Source: Planctomycetota bacterium
GTDB taxonomy: Bacteria > Planctomycetota > B15-G4
Length of the DNA stretch: 64,000 nucleotides
Direction: 5' to 3'
Assembly: GCA_965248575.1 (NCBI GenBank)
Contig: CBDFJQ010000002.1
Location: 4,512,001 to 4,576,000 of the forward strand
Shown: in pieces, positions 1-9,391 of the stretch
How positions within the stretch are numbered: the stretch's first letter is position 1
Layout of the letters: the number at the start of each line of letters is the position of its first letter
Made by a program: the position numbers and the translations under genes
Notes under the pieces: model-generated
What the model was told of the DNA's origin: nothing
The model's database searches: none
Seen by the model: the letters and a program-made list of their open reading frames with translations, nothing else

Positions 1-1
1 C

Positions 2-322
2 GCCTACGCGCGCGGGGTTGGCTGGGAAGTAGACGATGACTGGCCAGGGCTAGAGGACGACGCACTGGCGCACTGGCTGAGGCAGCAACGCAAACACGGC
101 CTGCACACTTGGAGCGCCCAGCGGGAAGGCCTGATGGCGCGGTTCAGGACGCTGCAGGAGGCTCCTGGGCCATACATCTATCGCTACTTTGCCCACTATT
201 TGGCCAGTTACCCAAACGGTCGGGCCGGCGTCGAGGCGGTACTGGCATTCGAGCGAGCTCTCATCGAGCAGGGCGCACTCGGTGCATTGGGCCGATTCTG
301 GGTGGGCGAGAATCCTTCCTGA
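2..322 (+). CDS. 3' end of a hypothetical protein, truncated by the window start
   Basis: Frame is open from base 2 (AYARGVGWEVDDDW...FWVGENPS) to TGA at 322; protein-like composition, no motif recognised. Confidence 0.55.
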   Translation, partial: AYARGVGWEVDDDWPGLEDDALAHWLRQQRKHGLHTWSAQREGLMARFRTLQEAPGPYIYRYFAHYLASYPNGRAGVEAVLAFERALIEQGALGALGRFWVGENPS

Positions 323-482
323 TTGATGCGCCACGGCGGGTCCGTCGGGCGATCAGGGCCTCTGGCCTATCCGCGGGCCCCTCTGCGGGGCGGGGGCGTC
401 GCGCTTGAACCTGGAGGGTTTCGGCCTCGCGCGTTTCCGTCAGCGAGAGTCTCCGCTGCTACAGCGGGCTCACTCTCGGGCG

Positions 483-899
483 TCACTCGTGGACGACGTC
501 GTCAGCGTGTCCTGAGGGCGCGGGCGCCGCACCGTCGGGTGAATCGCTGACTGTGGGTGTGTTGACGCAGCGACGCTTCAAGTGGTCACTCCCCCAACTG
601 CACAGCAGGTCGACGACTGGGGCGAGACTGCGACCGTATTCGGTCAGGGAATACTCCACCCGGGGTGGGACCTCAGAGTGCGCCGTACGAGCCACGATCC
701 CGTGCTCCTGAAGCTGGCGCAGTTCGGCCGTCAGCACCTTCTGGCTGATTTGTGGAAGCGAGCGCTGGAGCGCCCCGAATCGCCCAATCCCCTTGCTCAA
801 GCGCCACCAGATGATGCCTTTCCACTTACTACCAATCACACGGAGCGCCGCGGTCAAGGGGCACTTCTCAGCATCGTATTGAAAGACCTCGTCGCTCAC
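483..899 (-). CDS. HxlR-family winged-helix transcriptional regulator
   Basis: CPLTAALRVIGSKWK...ISQKVLTAELRQL...EVPPRVEYSLT signature; GTG start at 899 overlaps the VOC stop (GTGA). Confidence 0.92.
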   Translation of the reverse strand: MSDEVFQYDAEKCPLTAALRVIGSKWKGIIWWRLSKGIGRFGALQRSLPQISQKVLTAELRQLQEHGIVARTAHSEVPPRVEYSLTEYGRSLAPVVDLLCSWGSDHLKRRCVNTPTVSDSPDGAAPAPSGHADDVVHE

Positions 900-1375
900 G
901 ACTGCCCGCCCCTCGTCGTGAAGACAGTCTCGTGATCGACGAAACAGATCTTGTTGCCAAACGGATCGACCAAGTAGAAGGAGCGTTCGCCCCACGGCTG
1001 CGTAGCAATGCCGTCGTCGAGCTGGCTGCAACCCGCAGCCTTGCATCTGGAATATGTGTCTTCGAGATCGTCGACGGCAAAGTAGAGCTGTCCGGGGTTG
1101 GGGCTGGCATCCCAAGAGTCTCCATCGGCCCGCGGGTCAAAGCATGCGAGAATCGTCCCACCGCATTTGAAGTAGTGGCGCCCCGGCGACACGCGCTCAC
1201 CTTCGATCGCCAGCACTCGCGCGTAGAAACGCGCGGCATCGTCGATGTTGGAGACGGGCAGGATGATTCGGAACAGATTCGGCGACATGACGTCTCCAGG
1301 ACTGGGCGCAGCGTGTTCGATGGCCGCACAGGAAGACGGCAGGATGCAGAGGATCAGTGCGATGAGGAGCTTCAT
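896..1375 (-). CDS. VOC/glyoxalase family protein
   Basis: LPVSNIDDAARFY, LYFAVDDLE, PWGERSFYLVDPFGNKI motifs; start may be 1375 (MKLLIAL) or the later MSPNLF. Confidence 0.88.
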   Translation of the reverse strand: MKLLIALILCILPSSCAAIEHAAPSPGDVMSPNLFRIILPVSNIDDAARFYARVLAIEGERVSPGRHYFKCGGTILACFDPRADGDSWDASPNPGQLYFAVDDLEDTYSRCKAAGCSQLDDGIATQPWGERSFYLVDPFGNKICFVDHETVFTTRGGQS

Positions 1376-1463
1376 GCCGTCCATTCAAGCGGGGTATTGT
1401 TCCACCTGTCAAGGAGGCACAAATAGGTGCCTTGCCCAGAGAGATAGAAGGTCACGATCGCCC

Positions 1464-3047
1464 TCAATCCTGCTCCTCGCCGTACTCCGCCTGGAGCTCC
1501 CGCAGGCGCCGCTCGAGGCCGGAGCGGATCTCCGCATATTCCGGGTCATCGGCGACGCTGTGCAGCTCGAGCGGGTCGGTCTCGAGGTCGTACAGCTCCC
1601 AGCTGTCCCACTCCGGTTCGTGGAAGTGCATGAGCTTGTAGCGGTCTGTGCGCACGCCCACATGTGCCGCGACTCGGTGCGTGGCGCGCGACTCGGTGTA
1701 GCGGTAGTAGATCGCGTCGCGCCAGTCGTCGGGCGTCTCGCCGCGCAGCAGTGGCACGAGGCTCTGGCCATGAAGCGGCCTGTCGGTGTCCACGCCGGCC
1801 AGCTCGAGGAAGGTGGGGGCGTAGTCGATGTTCTGGACGAATGAGGTCACCTCGCGGCCGGGCGTGCCGTTCCCCGGCCAGCGCACGATGAGCGGCATGG
1901 CAAGGCTCTCTTCGTACATCCAGCGCTTGTCGTACCAGCCGTGCTCGCCCAGATAGAAGCCCTGGTCTGAGCTGTAGACCACCACGGTGTTCGCGGCGAT
2001 CTTCGGGTGGTCGGCCAGCCAGTCCAGCATCCGGCCGACGCTTCGGTCGACGCCCGCCACGCAGCGCAGGTAGTTCTTCACGTAGCGTTGGTACTTCCAG
2101 CGCACGAGGTCGTCGCCCGTCGGCGGGTCTGCGGCGAAGGCGGCGTTTTCCGCCGCGTAGGCGGCGTCCCAGGCGGCCAGCTGCTTCTCCGACAACCGTG
2201 CGCGCATGCCCTTTACCCAGGAGTCAGGGCCCTCGAGCGCGGAGATCTCCTCGGGCAGGTCGAGCTTCAGGTCGTAGTGCTTGGTGAGGTGGCGTGCGAT
2301 CTCCATCTCCTGGTCCGCGGCCGGCCCGCTGCGACCGGTGTAGTCGTCGAAGAGCGTGGGCGGCTCCGGCAGGTCGGCGTCGCGGTAGAGGCCGAGTTCG
2401 TCGGGGCCGGGCATCCATGAGCGGTGCGGCGCCTTGTGCTGGCACATGAGCAGGAAGGGCGCGTCGTCGTCGTGGACGGTCTCTAGCCAATCCAGCGCGA
2501 GGTCTGTCGTCAGCTCCGTGACGTGACCGGCGATGCGCACCTCGCCCTCGGGCGTGCGGAAGTCGGGGTTGTAGTACTGGCCTTGGCCCGGGAGCACGCG
2601 CCAGTAGTCGAAGCCCGTGGGGTCGCCAGCCAGGTGCCACTTGCCGATCAGCGCCGTGTTGTAGCCCGCGGCCTGCAGCTCCTTCGGGAACGTCGGCTGG
2701 CTGCCGTCGAAGGTGTTGCCGTTCTGCAGCACGCCGTTGGCCGCGCTGTGCAGCCCGGTGAGCACTGTCGCCCGGCTGGGAGCGCAGATGGAGTTGCCGC
2801 AAAAGCTGTTGCGGAACAGCACGCCTTCGGCCGCAAGCCGGTCGATGTTCGGCGTCTCGTTGATCACCGAGCCGTACGCGCCGATGGCCTGCGTTGCGTG
2901 GTCGTCGGCGAAGATGAACAGGATGTTGGGGCGGGTGGGGGTGATCGATTGCGCGATCAGCGGGGCCGGTGGTGTTCCAAGGGGCGCGAGTGCGATCAGC
3001 AGCAGGGCACGCAGGAGACGAGTCGGGTGCTGGCTTTGGGTGAGCAT
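1464..3047 (-). CDS. Secreted Cys-type (formylglycine) sulfatase
   Basis: PNILFIFADD, CAPSRATVLTG, GKWHL, SDQGFYLGEHG; N-terminal signal-like segment. Confidence 0.95.
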   Translation of the reverse strand: MLTQSQHPTRLLRALLLIALAPLGTPPAPLIAQSITPTRPNILFIFADDHATQAIGAYGSVINETPNIDRLAAEGVLFRNSFCGNSICAPSRATVLTGLHSAANGVLQNGNTFDGSQPTFPKELQAAGYNTALIGKWHLAGDPTGFDYWRVLPGQGQYYNPDFRTPEGEVRIAGHVTELTTDLALDWLETVHDDDAPFLLMCQHKAPHRSWMPGPDELGLYRDADLPEPPTLFDDYTGRSGPAADQEMEIARHLTKHYDLKLDLPEEISALEGPDSWVKGMRARLSEKQLAAWDAAYAAENAAFAADPPTGDDLVRWKYQRYVKNYLRCVAGVDRSVGRMLDWLADHPKIAANTVVVYSSDQGFYLGEHGWYDKRWMYEESLAMPLIVRWPGNGTPGREVTSFVQNIDYAPTFLELAGVDTDRPLHGQSLVPLLRGETPDDWRDAIYYRYTESRATHRVAAHVGVRTDRYKLMHFHEPEWDSWELYDLETDPLELHSVADDPEYAEIRSGLERRLRELQAEYGEEQD

Positions 3048-3276
3048 GGGCACACGGTACCGGAGGAGGGTGCACAGCCCGAATAGAGCAGTTCCCACGT
3101 GCAGTATTCACACAGCTCAGTTGGTGAGGAGTCTTCCTTCCGATGTTCCGGTTCGTGGCGGAGAACCCACGGCTCGCGCTGACACCTCCGCAGTGGTCGG
3201 AACGCCGTCGGGGTAGACAGGGGACTCGAAAAGTTTCAGGGGCGCGTACAATGCCGACGATGCGCGAGGCTGCTGA

Positions 3277-4635
3277 ATGATGGGAGATGTGAACAGTTCT
3301 TCTGGAAGGGTCGTTCGTCGGGCGCCTGGCCCGAGCGCCTTCAATTACCTGGGCGGATGCCTGTCCTTCCTGCGCGACCCCCTCGCGTACTTCCTTGAGA
3401 TGCAAGCGGAGTGGGGCGGCGTCGTGCGGGGGCGCGTCGGGCCGCTCCTGTTCCACACGCTGTTCGACCCGCGACTCGTGCGCGAGGCGTTGGTCGATCA
3501 CCACGACCAGCTCACCAAGCGTGGGGTGGTCGATGAGCTGATTCCTCTGCTCGGCAACGGGTTGCTCGTGAGCGAGGGGGCGCAGTGGAAGGGTCGCCGC
3601 GACGGCATCGCTCCGATGCTCGCGCGTCAAGCGCTGGGCCCGCTCGTGGAGGCGATGGAGATCGAGGCCGACGCGGTGGTCGATCGCTGGGACGCCGCCC
3701 GAGCTCGCGGAGAGCCCGTCAACGCATCCGCCGATGCCATGCACTTTGCCATCGCCGTGATCGGTCGCGCGCTGTTCGGTCTGGACCTGGGTCGCAGTGC
3801 AGGCAGGATCTCGGAGGCGGTGGAGACGGTGGCGCGCCTCGCGTACGACCGGTCAAAATCCCTGGTGCGACTTCCGTTGGGTGTTCCGACGCCCGTCAAT
3901 CGCGCCTACCGTGCGGCGATCGCGGAGCTCGATACCATCGTCTATGGAGCGCTGCGCGACGGGTCATCCGACCGGAGCTGCCTCTTGCCGCGGTTGCGCG
4001 AACTGACAGATCCGTTGAGCGGCGCAAGCCTTGGGGACCGCGATCTGCGTGACGAGGCCATGAGTCTATTGCTGGCCGGACACGAGACGACGGCCAACAC
4101 CCTGGCCTGGGCGTTCGATCACCTCTCGCGCGACGCCGGGTTGCAGGAGCGGATACGCGGCGAGCTGCAGGGCGGTCGCCCGCCGCCCGAGAACGGCGAA
4201 GCGCTCGGCCTCGCTCCCGTGCCGGTCCTCGACGCCGTGATCTCGGAGACGCTGCGACTTGCACCGCCGGCCTGGATCATCATGCGCCGCGCCCTCAACC
4301 CGTTCGAACTCGATGGCTACACGATTCCGAGACGCTCTTTCGTCGGCATTCCCATCTTCGCCATCCAGCGCAATCCGGATCACTGGCCCGAGCCCGAACG
4401 CTTTCTCCCGGACCGGTTCCTGGACGTCAACGAACAGGACCAGCATGCCTTCCTGCCCTTCGGACTGGGACCACGGCGTTGTCCTGGAGAGTTCTTCGCA
4501 CGCGCCGAGACGCGCGTCCTGCTCTCGAAGCTGCTCGAACGCTTTCGCTTCAAGGGGATCGCCTCGGATCCGCCGAGGCCCGAACCCCTCGCGACGCTGC
4601 GCCCTGCTGAGTCCGTGCTCTTGCGGCTCCACTGA
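3277..4635 (+). CDS. Cytochrome P450
   Basis: AGHETT I-helix, ETLR, PERFLPDRF, heme motif FGLGPRRCPG. Confidence 0.95.
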   Translation: MMGDVNSSSGRVVRRAPGPSAFNYLGGCLSFLRDPLAYFLEMQAEWGGVVRGRVGPLLFHTLFDPRLVREALVDHHDQLTKRGVVDELIPLLGNGLLVSEGAQWKGRRDGIAPMLARQALGPLVEAMEIEADAVVDRWDAARARGEPVNASADAMHFAIAVIGRALFGLDLGRSAGRISEAVETVARLAYDRSKSLVRLPLGVPTPVNRAYRAAIAELDTIVYGALRDGSSDRSCLLPRLRELTDPLSGASLGDRDLRDEAMSLLLAGHETTANTLAWAFDHLSRDAGLQERIRGELQGGRPPPENGEALGLAPVPVLDAVISETLRLAPPAWIIMRRALNPFELDGYTIPRRSFVGIPIFAIQRNPDHWPEPERFLPDRFLDVNEQDQHAFLPFGLGPRRCPGEFFARAETRVLLSKLLERFRFKGIASDPPRPEPLATLRPAESVLLRLH

Positions 4636-4810
4636 AGCCGTACACGACGACACCGATTCCAGCAAGCACGACTCACCTCCACGCCTCGGAGCGCCCGGCC
4701 AACATGGGGATAGAGCGCCTGATCGTCATTCCTTATGAAACTCATGATGGCCGCACCCCGATGAACGGCCAGGTCGTCCGGGCGATGCGCAAGGGCCAAC
4801 TGAAGCGCAG

Positions 4811-4928
4811 CGTCACACCTCGTCCGTTGGCGGCCCTCTATCCATGACGGCACTCGCCCCACGAATTGGGGACGGGGGGTGCTGCGTGTCACGACCCACC
4901 CCTTCATCCGGGAAATCCTCCCATGTTG
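4811..4928 (+). repeat. ~118 bp leader direct repeat, copy 1
   Basis: CGTCACACCTCGTCCGTTGGCGGCCCTCT...CCTCCCATGTTG, colinear with 6267-6384. Confidence 0.9.
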
Positions 4929-4996
4929 AGCGCCCCGCCCCTGCGTTTCCCTGCGATCCTTCGGGGTTCCGGCCTTCCGATTTCTGGAGTGGTGAG

Positions 4997-6145
4997 ATGA
5001 GCAGTTCGATCCGGGCGGTGACGCAACAGAGACTTTCGCCGGCCCTCGCAAGATTGCTGCTGTTGATCGGACTGCTGACGGGCGAGGTGGAGGCCGTCGC
5101 TCAGGTTCCCGCTTCCGGCGTGACCGCTGACGGTGCGGCGGTCGCCTCTGCAAAACCCGTCTACCCCGAAGAGGTCTGGGAGCGGATCACGGACCCTGCT
5201 GCTGCCGGCTTCAGCGCTGCTGGCCTAAAGCAGGTGCGCTCCTTCCTGGAGAGCCTCGATACCACCGGGGTGATGGTGGTGGTGGGGGGGCGTGTCCTGT
5301 TCGAGTACGGGGACCTGGAACAGCTGAGCTACATCGCGTCCTGCCGCAAGAGCATCCTGGCCATGCTCTACGGCAACTACGTGAAGGAGGGGGTCATTGA
5401 CCTGGACATGACCCTGGAAGAGATGGGGATGGACGACGTCCAGGGACTGCTGGAGCATGAGCGGCAGGCCACGGTGCTGGATCTCATCACGGCTCGTTCG
5501 GGGATCTATCACCCGGCCTCCAACCCGGGCGACAACACGGACCAGGCGCCGAAGCGCGGTTCGCAGCAGCCGGGGGAGTATTTCCTCTACAACAACTGGG
5601 ACTTCAATGCCGCCGGCGCGGTGTTCGAGCAGGAGACCGGAAAGAACATCTACGACGCCTTGCAGGAGGACCTGGTGAAGCCGCTGGGGATGCGAGACTT
5701 TGACCGCTCGGGACATCGCAAGAGCGGCGATGGCACGCTCTCCGTCAATATGGCCTATCACATGACCTTCTCCACCCGGGACATGGCGCGCCTGGGCTAC
5801 CTGATGCTGCGCCAGGGAAAGTGGAACGAAACCCAGGTCATTCCACAGGAGTGGTCCCAGCGGATCAGCAGCGTGTTCACTCCGATGCATGACATGAACC
5901 CCGAGAACTTCCGCGGCGGGCCCTACGGCTATGGGTTCATGTGGTGGGTGTGGGACGGACCACGGACTCCGGAACAGCTGAAGGGGGCCTACACGGCCAT
6001 GGGAGCCTTCGGCCAGTTCATCACGGTGATCCCGAAGCTGGATCTGGTGCTCGCGCACAAGACGGCGGTCCCTCCTTACGAGCGGAATGTGGGGCTTCAA
6101 GGGCTGTTGGGCATCATTGAACGCATCCTCGCCGCGCAACTCTGA
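4997..6145 (+). CDS. Serine hydrolase, beta-lactamase family (secreted)
   Basis: SxxK (SCRK), YxN (YNN), STRDMARLGYL; N-terminal hydrophobic segment. Confidence 0.92.
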   Translation: MSSSIRAVTQQRLSPALARLLLLIGLLTGEVEAVAQVPASGVTADGAAVASAKPVYPEEVWERITDPAAAGFSAAGLKQVRSFLESLDTTGVMVVVGGRVLFEYGDLEQLSYIASCRKSILAMLYGNYVKEGVIDLDMTLEEMGMDDVQGLLEHERQATVLDLITARSGIYHPASNPGDNTDQAPKRGSQQPGEYFLYNNWDFNAAGAVFEQETGKNIYDALQEDLVKPLGMRDFDRSGHRKSGDGTLSVNMAYHMTFSTRDMARLGYLMLRQGKWNETQVIPQEWSQRISSVFTPMHDMNPENFRGGPYGYGFMWWVWDGPRTPEQLKGAYTAMGAFGQFITVIPKLDLVLAHKTAVPPYERNVGLQGLLGIIERILAAQL

Positions 6146-6266
6146 CCGCGGGGCTGCTCAGGACATCTGTTTGAGCTGCTCCCTGGCGGCGGGCCGGCGC
6201 ACTTCAGGATCGTTCGCTCCACGGCCCCCTCGCGTGCACGCGTCGTCACGTTTTCGTTTCCAGATC

Positions 6267-6384
6267 CGTCACACCTCGTCCGTTGGCGGCCCTCTCTCCA
6301 TGACGGCACGTGCCCCACGAGTCAGCGACGGGAGGAGCTGCGTGTCACGACCCACCCCACCATCCGGGAGAACCTCCCATGTTG
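6267..6384 (+). repeat. ~118 bp leader direct repeat, copy 2
   Basis: Colinear with 4811-4928; includes the RBS-like GGGAG and the ATG of the M1 peptidase. Confidence 0.9.
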
Positions 6385-8364
6385 GCTGCCTCACTGCTGC
6401 TCTTCGTAGCGAGCTCCACGCCTGCGCTCCTCGGCGTGGGTGCGACGTCCGCGGGCCAGTCGACAAACGGCGCCGGTTGGACGGTGACTCGCATCGATCT
6501 CGATGTTTACGTCCGGCCGGACGAGCAGCGTCTTCAGTGCGACGGTGCCGTGCATCTGCGACTCGACCACCTCGAGCACTCCAACGGACCGACCCTCTAC
6601 CTAAACTTCAAACTGACTGACGCGGGCGACCCGGCCCTGGGCTTCACCGACGTCGAGTGCGACGGCGCCGAGGTCGACATTGGGCAACTCACGAATGCCA
6701 CGACGGATCGAGCGTTTGTCCGCTTCGAGCAGCCCAAGAGTCGCGGAGACGAGATCGAGGTGCGTTTCTCAACGGCGTCGGCCGGACGGGCTTCGCACTT
6801 GATCGTCCACGAGCAGATGGCGATCGCGTCCTGGGTGACGGGCTGGCTCCCCTTCGCGAAGGAGATCCCCACTGCGGCGGCCCTTAGCTTCAACGCCGGT
6901 GTCGCGCAGGCGCCGGGACGCACACGACTGCATCTCCCCCCGACCTGGATCGGCATCCTCGATGGCACGCTCGTCGAGCGCCGTCAGACTGACTCGGAGA
7001 CGGTTGAGATCTGGGAGACGCCCGAGGGCGTCGCTCGAGGGTTCGCCGCTGGGCCGTACACGGTGGTGGTCGAACGGGCGAACGGCCGCGAAGTGCGCGT
7101 CTATATGCTGTCGGTGGACAAGCCCCTCGATCCGCAGCGTCTCGCCCGGCTGATCGCCGACACGATGGCGGCCCAGGAGGCACGCCTCGGGCCCTTTCCT
7201 TTCCCCTCCTACGCCGTCGTCGAGCGGCCTGAGCTGTTGCCCGCCCAGACGTGGTACGCGTCCAGCCAGCAGACCTTCATCATCGCCGCCAGCCGGGCCT
7301 TCGACTACGACCACGGGAACCTGCCTCTGTGGGGGCACGAGATGTCCCACGGCTGGTGGGGGAACACCGTTGGCCCGCGCGGTCCGGGGAGCAAGTGGTG
7401 CGGTGAGTCGCTGGCGCAACTCGGGGCGCTGATCGCGATCGAGTCGCTTGAGGGCCGCGACGCCCTGCACGAATTCTTGGGGTATTCGCGTAGCGGCTCC
7501 AGCGCAGGCCACAGCGCGTCGGGGTACTTCCGGGTGTTGCGCCAGGGCCAGGACTGGCCGCTCGCACGCATGGGGCCAGACACCCTGAGCCACGACCTAT
7601 CCGACTCGAAGGGCGTATGGGTCTACCACATGCTGCGGCAGATCGTTGGCGACGATGTCTTCTTCGACGTGCTCCGCGAAGTGATCACGGAACTGGCCGG
7701 CAGTAATATCTCGGTCGCGGAGATGCGGCAGCGCTTCGTCGAGGCCGCGCCGGAGCACGACCTGACGACATTCTTCGCTCAATGGTTGGACCGCACTGGG
7801 GCGCCGATCTTCGACATTGATTGGTTTGCGAAGACCGACGGGAGCGGCCTCACCCTGACTCTGGCTCAGGTGCAAGCGGGCGCCCCTTTCGTCTTGGCAC
7901 TGGACGTCGAGGTCGAGCTTGCCGATGGGGACCGAGTCGTCAAAACGGTGCAAGTTCGTGAAGGAACGCAAACCTTCGTCGTCGAGACCCCGGCACGGCC
8001 GAAGAGCGTAAGCCTGGACCCCAACTACAAGCTTCTTCTGTGGCGACCAGACTACGGGCCGCGCCCCGGCGACGAGGTCACGGACAAACTGACAGCATCG
8101 GCGGAGGTCCTTGCCGCCGTCGTCGGAACGTACCGAGTGCGCGGCCTTGAGTCAGACGTCACCCTTTTCATGCGCGACGGCTTCCTCTATCTACAGATCG
8201 GCGGAGAGATTGCGGTGCGGCTCATCTATCACAAGGACTCGGTCTTCCGGTTCGACAAGCCCGGGGAACCGAGTCTCGCCGAATTCGACCTGAGCGAGTC
8301 GCCCGCCCCGTTGCTCACGATCAAGATCGGCGCGCGCGAGGTCGTCTCCGATCGCGCCGATTGA
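6379..8364 (+). CDS. M1-family zinc aminopeptidase-like protein with C-terminal extension
   Basis: HEMSHGWWG plus downstream Glu (WCGESLA), KGVWVYHMLR, FFAQWLDRTGAP; signal peptide. Confidence 0.88.
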   Translation: MLAASLLLFVASSTPALLGVGATSAGQSTNGAGWTVTRIDLDVYVRPDEQRLQCDGAVHLRLDHLEHSNGPTLYLNFKLTDAGDPALGFTDVECDGAEVDIGQLTNATTDRAFVRFEQPKSRGDEIEVRFSTASAGRASHLIVHEQMAIASWVTGWLPFAKEIPTAAALSFNAGVAQAPGRTRLHLPPTWIGILDGTLVERRQTDSETVEIWETPEGVARGFAAGPYTVVVERANGREVRVYMLSVDKPLDPQRLARLIADTMAAQEARLGPFPFPSYAVVERPELLPAQTWYASSQQTFIIAASRAFDYDHGNLPLWGHEMSHGWWGNTVGPRGPGSKWCGESLAQLGALIAIESLEGRDALHEFLGYSRSGSSAGHSASGYFRVLRQGQDWPLARMGPDTLSHDLSDSKGVWVYHMLRQIVGDDVFFDVLREVITELAGSNISVAEMRQRFVEAAPEHDLTTFFAQWLDRTGAPIFDIDWFAKTDGSGLTLTLAQVQAGAPFVLALDVEVELADGDRVVKTVQVREGTQTFVVETPARPKSVSLDPNYKLLLWRPDYGPRPGDEVTDKLTASAEVLAAVVGTYRVRGLESDVTLFMRDGFLYLQIGGEIAVRLIYHKDSVFRFDKPGEPSLAEFDLSESPAPLLTIKIGAREVVSDRAD

Positions 8365-8446
8365 AGAAATTGATCCCGCGCCCCCGAGGGACTGTTGACC
8401 GGGACAACCATCCGAGAACCGCTACGACCACCCACTGGAGAGAATC

Positions 8447-9079
8447 ATGACCTCAACCGTTACGTGCACTGACCTCGCATCGCCTGGACGGCGCTGGCGT
8501 CCATCGCCGAGGATCATGCTGGCTTCTCTGGCATGCATGTTCATCGGCGTCTTCCTGGCTGCAGCACCGGTGCAGGAGGATGACACGCCCAAGGGTTTGG
8601 ACGTGATCAGGACGATGGCCATGTACCTCACCGGCGGCACGGGACAGTGGATAGCGCCCTATCCATCTGACGGAGACGAAGACCTACCGGATGCGGTGGG
8701 GCTCTGGTTTGAACTCACGGCACAGAGTCACGTGCTGGAGTTGACGGTCGTGTTTCACTACGGCGACGAGGTTCAGCCCCACTCAAAGAGCTACTGGTTC
8801 TGGCACCCTGGGCGTCGTGAAGTCCAGTATCACGAAGTGAGCCCCGGTGGCAGCATCCGGATGGGCACGACACACTTCAGTGATGAGCGGACGTTCGTCA
8901 CACTCACGGACGCGATTGCGGCAGATGGGACGACGACGCCCAGTCGCGGGGACAATATCATCTTGGGCGAGGACGAGCATGTCACGACGGCGTTTGTCCT
9001 GAACGCAGCAGGAGAGTGGGACGAGAGTATGCAGCACACTTGGAAACGTGTCCCTGAGTCTGAACGGAAGAGCAAGTAG
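8447..9079 (+). CDS. Hypothetical exported protein (possibly DUF1579-like)
   Basis: GGAGAG RBS, hydrophobic N-terminal segment, beta-strand pattern. Confidence 0.7.
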   Translation: MTSTVTCTDLASPGRRWRPSPRIMLASLACMFIGVFLAAAPVQEDDTPKGLDVIRTMAMYLTGGTGQWIAPYPSDGDEDLPDAVGLWFELTAQSHVLELTVVFHYGDEVQPHSKSYWFWHPGRREVQYHEVSPGGSIRMGTTHFSDERTFVTLTDAIAADGTTTPSRGDNIILGEDEHVTTAFVLNAAGEWDESMQHTWKRVPESERKSK

Positions 9080-9148
9080 GACGTGGCATGCAGCGGGAGG
9101 CTTGCCAATGGTCCGTGATGACCATGGGGGGGGCGCATCACCTCGCCC

Positions 9149-9308
9149 CCGCTCCTCGCGCACACCACCTGCGACGATCCCTTCCCCAGTGCCGGCCCGA
9201 CCGAGTTCGGGGTCTCCGCCGAGACCCTTGAAGAATTCACGGCCAGCGTCTCCGACTGGGTGGAGGCCGGCGATCACTTTGGCGCCGAGGTGCTCGTCAT
9301 CGAGGAGC
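9149..9308 (+). pseudogene. Fragment duplicating the 5' part of the serine hydrolase at 11623
   Basis: Colinear with ~11680-11838 (LLAHTTCDDPFPSAGPTEFGVSAETL vs LLAHTTGDDPFPSADPTELGVSAETL). Confidence 0.88.
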
Positions 9309-9391
9309 GCCGCTCTGAGATGACCCTCCCAAACCTCCAAGCGCAAGACCGTCGATCAAGAGTCAACCTAACCATTTGATAGGAGTTCCCC

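Noticed and set aside
2224..3744. Long overlapping ORFs (also 14301-15680, 15785-17290, 55680-57251, 62515-63936)
   Set aside because: Stop-poor shadow frames of GC-rich genes with no motifs
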